Source: Eledone cirrhosa | Lineage: Eukaryota | Direction of reading: 5' to 3' | DNA length: 64,000 nt | NCBI GenBank assembly: GCA_964016885.1 | Contig: OZ024743.1 | Location: 335,668,001 to 335,732,000, forward strand | In this document: positions 52,301 to 61,300 of the stretch, piece after piece | Position numbering within the stretch: position 1 is the first letter of the stretch | Layout of the letters: the number at the start of each line of letters is the position of its first letter | Notes under the pieces: model-generated | What the model was told of the DNA's origin: nothing | The model's database searches: none | Seen by the model: the letters and a program-made list of their open reading frames with translations, nothing else | Translations under genes and position numbers: made by a program

Positions 52301-55300
52301 TGGAGATGTAGCTGGTAGTAACATGGTTGCTATTGTTGTTATTGCTGGTGGTGTCAGTGATGGTGGGGATGGTAGCTATGGTGATGTAGCTGCTAGCAAC
52401 ATGATTGCTATTGTTGTTATTGCTGGTGGTGTCAGTGATGGTGGGGATGGTTGCTATGGTGATGTAGCTGGTAGTAACATGATTGCTATTGTTGTTATTG
52501 CTGGTGGTGTCAGTGATTGTGGGGATTGTAGCTACGGTGATGTAGCTGCTAGCAACATGATTGCTATTGTTGTTATTGCTGGTGGTGTCAGTGATGGTGG
52601 GGATGGTAGCTATGGTGATGTAGCTGGTAGTAACATGATTGCTATTGTTGTTATTGCTGGTGGTGAGAGTGATGGTGGGGATGGTAGCTATGGTGATGTA
52701 GCTGGTAGTAACATGATTGCTATTGTTGTTATTGCTGGTGGTGTCAGTGATGGTGGGGATGGTAGCTATGGTGATGTAGCTGGTAGTAACATGATTGCTA
52801 TTGTTGTTATCGCTGGTGGTGTCAGTGATGGTGGGGATGGTAGCCATGGTGATGTAGCTGCTAGCAACATGATTGCTATTGTTGTTGTTTCTGGTGGTGT
52901 CAGTGATGGTGGGGATGGTAGCTATGGTGATGTAGCTGCTAGCAACATGATTGCTATTGTTGTTATTGCTGGTGGTGTCAGTGATGGTGGGGATGGTAAC
53001 TATGGTGATGTAGCTGGTAGTAACATGATTGCTATTGTTGTTATCGCTGGTGGTGTCAGTGATGGTGGGGATGGTAGCCATGGTGATGTAGCTGCTAGCA
53101 ACATGATTGCTATTGTTGTTGTTTCTGGTGGTGTCAGTGATGGTGGGGATGGTAGCTATGGTGATGTAGCTGCTAGCAACATGATTGCTATTGTTGTTAT
53201 TGCTGGTGGTGTCAGTGATGGTGGGGATGGTAGCTATGGTGATGTAGCTGGTAGTAACTTGATTGCTATTGTTGTTATTGCTGGTGGTATCAGTGATGGT
53301 GGGGATGGTAGCTATGGTGATGTAGCTGGTAGTAACATGATTGCTATTGTTGCTGTTGCTGGTGGTGTCAGTGATGGTGGGGATGGTAGCTATGGTGATG
53401 TAGCTGGTAGTAACATGATTGCTATTGTTGTTATTGCTGGTGGTGTCAGTGATGGTGGGGATGGTAGCTATGGTGATGTAGCTGCTAGCAACATGATTGC
53501 TATTGTTGTTATTGCTGGTGGTATCAGTGATGGTGGTGATGGTAGCTATGGTGATGTAGCTGGTAGTAACATGATTGCTATTGTTGTTATTGCTGGTGGT
53601 GTCAGTGATGGTGGGGATGGTAGCTATGGTGATGTAGCTGCTAGCAACATGATTGCTATTGTTGTTATTGCTGGTGGTGTCAGTGATGGTGGGGATGGTA
53701 GCTATGGTGATGTAGCTGCTAGCAACATGATTGCTATTGTTGTTATTGCTGGTGGTGTCAGTGATGGTGGGGATGGTAGCTATGGTGATGTAGCTGCTTG
53801 TAACATGATTGCTATTGTTGTTGTTGCTGGTGGTGTCAGTGAAGGTGGGGATGGCAACTATGGTGATGTAGCTGGTAGTAACATGATTGCTATTGTTGTT
53901 ATTGCTGGTGGTGTCAGTGATGGTGGGGATGGTTGCTATGGTGATGTAGCTGGTAGTAACATGATTGCTATTGTTGTTATTGCTGGTGGTGTCAGTGAAG
54001 GTGGGGATGGCAACTATGGTGATGTAGCTGGTAGTAACATGATTGCTATTGTTGTTATTGCTGGTGGTGTCAGTGATGGTGGGGATGGCAGCTATGGTGA
54101 TGTAGCTGGTAGTAACTTGATTGCTATTGTTGTTATTGCTGGTGGTGTCAGTGATGGTGGGGATGGTAGCTAAGGTGATGTAGCTGGTAGCAACATGATT
54201 GCTCTTGTTGTTATTGCTGGTGGTGTCAGTGATTGTGGGGATGGTAGCTATGGTGATGTAGCTGCTAGCAACATGATTGCTATTGTTGTTATTGCTGGTG
54301 GTGTCAGTGATGGTGGGGATGGTTGCTATGGTGATGTAGCTGGTAGTAACATGATTGCTATTGTTGTTATTGCTGGTGGTGTCAGTGATGGTGGGGATGG
54401 TTGCTATGGTGATGTAGCTGGTAGTAACATGATTGCTATTGTTGTTATTGCTGGTGCTGTCAGTGATGGTGGGGATGGTAGCTATGGTGATGTAGCTGCT
54501 AGCAACATGATTGCTATTGTTGTTATTGCTGGTGGTGTCAGTGATGGTGGGGATGGTAGCTATGGTGATGTAGCTGGTAGTAACATGATTGCTATTGTTG
54601 TTATTGCTGGTGGTGTCAGTGATGGTGGGGATTGTAGCGATGGTGATGTAGCTGCTAGCAACATGATTGCTATTGTTGTTATTGCTGGTGGTGACAGTGA
54701 TGGTGGGGATGGTAGCTATGGTGATGTAGCTGGTAGTAACATGATTGCTATTGTTGTTATTGCTGGTGGTGTCGGTGATGGTGGGGATGGTAGCTATGGT
54801 GATGTAGCTGGTAGTAACATGATTGCTATTGTTGTTAACGCTGGTGGTGTGAGTGATGGTGGGGATGGTAGCTATGGTGATGTAGCTGGTAGTAACATGA
54901 TTGCTATTGTTGTTATCGCTGGTGGTGTCAGTGATGGTGGGGATGGTAGCCATGGTGATGTAGCTGCTAGCAACATGATTGCTATTGTTGTTGTTGCTGG
55001 TGGTGTCAGTGATGGTGGGGATGGTAGCTATGGTGATGTAGCTGCTAGCAACATGATTGCTATTGTTGTTATTGCTGGTGGTGTCAGTGATGGTGGGGAT
55101 GGTAGCTATGGTGATGTAGCTGGTAGTAACATGATTGTTATTGTTGTTATTGCTGGTGGTGTCAGTGATGGTGGGGATGGTAGCTATGGTGATGTAGCTG
55201 GTAGCAACATGATTGCTATTGTTGTTATTGCTGGTGGTGTCAGTGATGGTGGGGATGGTAGCTATGGTGATGTAGCTGCTAGCAACATGATTGCTATTGT

Positions 55301-58300
55301 TGTTATTGCTGGTGGTGTCAGTGATGGTGGGGATGGTAGCTATGGTGATGTAGCTGGTAGTAACATGATTGTTATTGTTGTTATTGCTGGTGGTGTCAGT
55401 GATGGTGGGGATGGTAGCTATGGTGATGTAGCTGGTAGTATCATGATTGCTATTGTTGTTATTGCTGGTGGTGTCAGTGATGGTGGGGATGGTAGCTATG
55501 GTGATGTAGCTGCTAGCAACATGATTGCTATTGTTGTTATTGCTGGTGGTGTTAGTGATGGTGGGGATGGTAGCTATGGTGATGAAGCTGGTAGCAACAT
55601 GATTGCTATTGTTGTTATTGCTGGTGGTGTCAGTGATGGTGGTGATGGTAGCTATGGTGATGTAGCTGGTAGTAACTTGATTGCTATTGTTGTTATTGCT
55701 GGTGGTATCAGTGATGGTGGGGATGGAAGCTATAGTGATGTAACTGGTAGTAACATGATTGCTATTGTTGTTGTTGCTGGTGGTGTCAGTGATGGTGGGG
55801 ATGGTAGCTATGTTGATGTAGCTGCTAGCAACATGATTGCTATTGTTGTTATTGCTGGTGGTATCAGTGATGGTGGGGATGGTAGCTATGGTGATGTAGC
55901 TGGTAGCAACATGAATGCTATTGTTGTTATTGCTGGTGGTGTCAGTGATGGTGGGGATGGTAGCTATGGTGATGTAGCTGCTAGCAACATGATTGCTATT
56001 GTTGTTATTGCTGGTGGTGTCAGTGATGGTGGGGATGGTAGCTATGGTGATGTGGCTGCTAGCAACATGATTGCTATTGTTGTTATTGCTGGTGGTGTCA
56101 GTGATGGTGGGGATGGTAGCTATGGTGATGTAGCTGCTTGTAACATGATTGCTATTGTTGTTTTTGCTGGTGGTGTCAGTGATGGTGGGGATTGTAGCTA
56201 TGGTGATGTAGCTGCTAGCAACATGATTGCTATTGTTGTTATTGCTGGTGGTGTCAGTGATGGTGGGGATTGTAGCTATGGTGATGTAGCTGCTAGCAAC
56301 ATGATTGTTATTGTTGTTATTGCTGGTGGTGTCAGTGATGGTGGGGATGGTAGCTATGGTGATGTAGCTGGTAGTAACTTGATTGCTATTGTTGTTATTG
56401 CTGGTGGTGTCAGTGATGGTGGGGATGGTAGCTATGGTGATGTAGCTGCTAGCAACATGATTGCTATTGTTGTTATTGCTGGTGGTGTCAGTGATGGTGG
56501 GGATGGTAGCTATGGTGATGTAGCTGGTAGTAACATGATTGTTATTGTTGTTATTGCTGGTGGTGTCAGTGATGGTGGGGATGGTAGCTATGGTGATGTA
56601 GCTGGTAGTATCATGATTGCTATTGTTGTTATTGCTGGTGGTGTCAGTGATGGTGGGGTTGGTAGCTATGGTGATGTAGCTGCTAGCAACATGATTGCTA
56701 TTGTTGTTATTGCTGGTGGTGTTAGTGATGGTGGGGATGGTAGCTATGGTGATGAAGCTGGTAGCAACATGATTGCTATTGTTGTTATTGCTGGTGGTGT
56801 CAGTGATGGTGGTGATGGTAGCTATGGTGATGTAGCTGGTAGTAACTTGATTGCTATTGTTGTTGTTGCTGCTGGTATCAGTGATGATGGGGATGGTAGC
56901 TATGGTGATGTAACTGGTAGTAACATGATTGCTATTGTTGTTGTTGCTGGTGGTGTCAGTGATGGTGGGGATGGTAGCTATGGTGATGTAGCTGCTAGCA
57001 ACATGATTGCTATTGTTGTTATTGCTGGTGGTGTCAGTGATGGTGGGGATGGTAGCTATGGTGATGTAGCTGGTAGCAACATGAATGCTATTGTTGTTAT
57101 TGCTGGTGGTGTCAGTGATGGTGGGGATGGTAGCTATAGTGATGTAGCTGCTAGCAACATGATTGCTATTGTTGTTATTGCTGGTGGTGTCAGTGATGGT
57201 GGGGATGGTAGCTATGGTGATGTAGCTGCTAGCAACATGATTGCTATTGTTGTTATTGCGGGTGGTGTCAGTGATGGTGGGGATGGTAGCTATGGTGATG
57301 TAGCTGGTAGTAACATGATTGCTATTGTTGTTAACGCTGGTGGTGTGAGTGATGGTGGGGATGGTAGCTATGGTGATGTAGCTGGTAGTAACATGATTGC
57401 TATTGTTGTTATCGCTGGTGGTGTCAGTGATGGTGGGGATGGTAGCCATGGTGATGTAGCTGCTAGCAACATGATTGCTATTGTTGTTGTTGCTGGTGGT
57501 GTCAGTGATGGTGGGGATGGTAGCTATGGTGATGTAGCTGCTAGCAACATGATTGCTATTGTTGTTATTGCTGGTGGTGTCAGTGATGGTGGGGATGGTA
57601 GCTATGGTGATGTAACTGGTAGTAACATGATTGCTATTGTTGTTGTTGCTGGTGGTGTCAGTGATGGTGGGGATGGTAGCTATGGTGATGTAGCTGCTAG
57701 CAACATGATTGCTATTGTTGTTATTGCTGGTGGTATCAGTGATGGTGGGGATGGTAGCTATGGTGATGTAGCTGCTAGCAACATGATTGCTATTGTTGTT
57801 ATTGCTGGTGGTGTCAGTGATGGTGGGGATGGTAGCTATGGTGATGTAGCTGCTAGCAACATGATTGCTATTGTTGTTATTGCTGGTGGTGTCAGTGATG
57901 GTGGGGATGGTAGCTATGGTGATGTAGCTGCTTGTAACATGATTGCTATTGTTGTTTTTGTTGGTGGTGTCAGTGATGGTGGGGATTGTAGCTATGGTGA
58001 TGTAGCTGCTAGCAACATGATTGCTATTGTTGTTATTGCTGGTGGTGTCAGTGATGGTGGGGATTGTAGCTATGGTGATGTAGCTGCTAGCAACATGATT
58101 GTTATTGTTGTTATTGCTGGTGGTGTCAGTGATGGTGGGGATGGTAGCTATGGTGATGTAGCTGGTAGTAACTTGATTGCTATTGTGGTTATTGCTGGTG
58201 GTGTCAGTGATGGTGGGGATGGTAGCTATGGTGATGTAGCTGGTAGTAACATGATTGTTATTGTTGTTATTGCTGGTGGTGTCAGTGATGGTGGGGATGG

Positions 58301-61300
58301 TAGCTATGGTGATGTAGCTGGTAGTAACATGATTGCTATTGTTGTTATTGCTGGTGGTGTCAGTGATGGTGGGGATGGTAGCTATGGTGATGTAGCTGCT
58401 AGCAACATGATTGCTATTGTTGTTATTGCTGGTGGTGTCAGTGATGGTGGGGATGGTAGCTATGGTGATGTAGCTGGTAGTAACATGATTGTTATTGTTG
58501 TTATTGCTGGTGGTGTCAGTGATGGTGGGGATGCTAGCTATGGTGATGTAGCTGGTAGTATCATGATTGCTATTGTTGTTATTGCTGGTGGTGTCAGTGA
58601 TGGTGGGGATGGTAGCTATGGTGATGTAGCTGCTAGCAACATGATTGCTATTGTTGTTATTGCTGGTGGTGTTAGTGATGGTGGGGATGGTAGCTATGGT
58701 GATGAAGCTGGTAGCAACATGATTGCTATTGTTGTTATTGCTGGTGGTGTCAGTGATGGTGGTGATGGTAGCTATGGTGATGTAGCTGGTAGTAACTTGA
58801 TTGCTATTGTTGTTATTGCTGCTGGTATCAGTGATGGTGGGGATGGAAGCTATGGTGATGTAACTGGTAGTAACATGATTGCTATTGTTGTTGTTGCTGG
58901 TGGTGTCAGTGATGGTGGGGATGGTAGCTATGGTGATGTAGCTGCTAGCAACATGATTGCTATTGTTGTTATTGCTGGTGGTATCAGTGATGGTGGGGAT
59001 GGTAGCTATGGTGATGTAGCTGGTAGCAACATGAATGCTATTGTTGTTATTGCTGGTGGTGTCAGTGATGGTGGGGATGGTAGCTATGGTGATGTAGCTG
59101 CTAGCAACATGATTGCTATTGTTGTTATTGCTGGTGGTGTCAGTGATGGTGGGGATGGTAGCTATGGTGATGTGGCTGCTAGCAACATGATTGCTATTGT
59201 TGTTATTGCTGGTGGTGTCAGTGATGGTGGGGATGGTAGCTATGGTGATGTAGCTGCTTGTAACATGATTGCTATTGTTGTTTTTGCTGGTGGTGTCAGT
59301 GATGGTGGGGATTGTAGCTATGGTGATGTAGCTGCTAGCAACATGATTGCTATTGTTGTTATTGCTGGTGGTGTCAGTGATGGTGGGGATTGTAGCTATG
59401 GTGATGTAGCTGCTAGCAACATGATTGTTATTGTTGTTATTGCTGGTGGTGTCAGTGATGGTGGGGATGGTAGCTATGGTGATGTAGCTGGTAGTAACTT
59501 GATTGCTATTGTTGTTATTGCTGGTGGTGTCAGTGATGGTGGGGATGGTAGCTATGGTGATGTAGCTGCTAGCAACATGATTGCTATTGTTGTTATTGCT
59601 GGTGGTGTCAGTGATGGTGGGGATGGTAGCTATGGTGATGTAGCTGGTAGTAACATGATTGTTATTGTTGTTATTGCTGGTGGTGTCAGTGATGGTGGGG
59701 ATGGTAGCTATGGTGATGTAGCTGGTAGTATCATGATTGCTATTGTTGTTATTGCTGGTGGTGTCAGTGATGGTGGGGTTGGTAGCTATGGTGATGTAGC
59801 TGCTAGCAACATGATTGCTATTGTTGTTATTGCTGGTGGTGTTAGTGATGGTGGGGATGGTAGCTATGGTGATGAAGCTGGTAGCAACATGATTGCTATT
59901 GTTGTTATTGCTGGTGGTGTCAGTGATGGTGGTGATGGTAGCTATGGTGATGTAGCTGGTAGTAACTTGATTGCTATTGTTGTTGTTGCTGCTGGTATCA
60001 GTGATGATGGGGATGGTAGCTATGGTGATGTAACTGGTAGTAACATGATTGCTATTGTTGTTGTTGCTGGTGGTGTCAGTGATGGTGGGGATGGTAGCTA
60101 TGGTGATGTAGCTGCTAGCAACATGATTGCTATTGTTGTTATTGCTGGTGGTGTCAGTGATGGTGGGGATGGTAGCTATGGTGATGTAGCTGGTAGCAAC
60201 ATGAATGCTATTGTTGTTATTGCTGGTGGTGTCAGTGATGGTGGGGATGGTAGCTATAGTGATGTAGCTGCTAGCAACATGATTGCTATTGTTGTTATTG
60301 CTGGTGGTGTCAGTGATGGTGGGGATGGTAGCTATGGTGATGTAGCTGCTAGCAACATGATTGCTATTGTTGTTATTGCGGGTGGTGTCAGTGATGGTGG
60401 GGATGGTAGCTATGGTGATGTAGCTGGTAGTAACATGATTGCTATTGTTGTTAACGCTGGTGGTGTGAGTGATGGTGGGGATGGTAGCTATGGTGATGTA
60501 GCTGGTAGTAACATGATTGCTATTGTTGTTATCGCTGGTGGTGTCAGTGATGGTGGGGATGGTAGCCATGGTGATGTAGCTGCTAGCAACATGATTGCTA
60601 TTGTTGTTGTTGCTGGTGGTGTCAGTGATGGTGGGGATGGTAGCTATGGTGATGTAGCTGCTAGCAACATGATTGCTATTGTTGTTATTGCTGGTGGTGT
60701 CAGTGATGGTGGGGATGGTAGCTATGGTGATGTAACTGGTAGTAACATGATTGCTATTGTTGTTGTTGCTGGTGGTGTCAGTGATGGTGGGGATGGTAGC
60801 TATGGTGATGTAGCTGCTAGCAACATGATTGCTATTGTTGTTATTGCTGGTGGTATCAGTGATGGTGGGGATGGTAGCTATGGTGATGTAGCTGCTAGCA
60901 ACATGATTGCTATTGTTGTTATTGCTGGTGGTGTCAGTGATGGTGGGGATGGTAGCTATGGTGATGTAGCTGCTAGCAACATGATTGCTATTGTTGTTAT
61001 TGCTGGTGGTGTCAGTGATGGTGGGGATGGTAGCTATGGTGATGTAGCTGCTTGTAACATGATTGCTATTGTTGTTTTTGTTGGTGGTGTCAGTGATGGT
61101 GGGGATTGTAGCTATGGTGATGTAGCTGCTAGCAACATGATTGCTATTGTTGTTATTGCTGGTGGTGTCAGTGATGGTGGGGATTGTAGCTATGGTGATG
61201 TAGCTGCTAGCAACATGATTGTTATTGTTGTTATTGCTGGTGGTGTCAGTGATGGTGGGGATGGTAGCTATGGTGATGTAGCTGGTAGTAACTTGATTGC

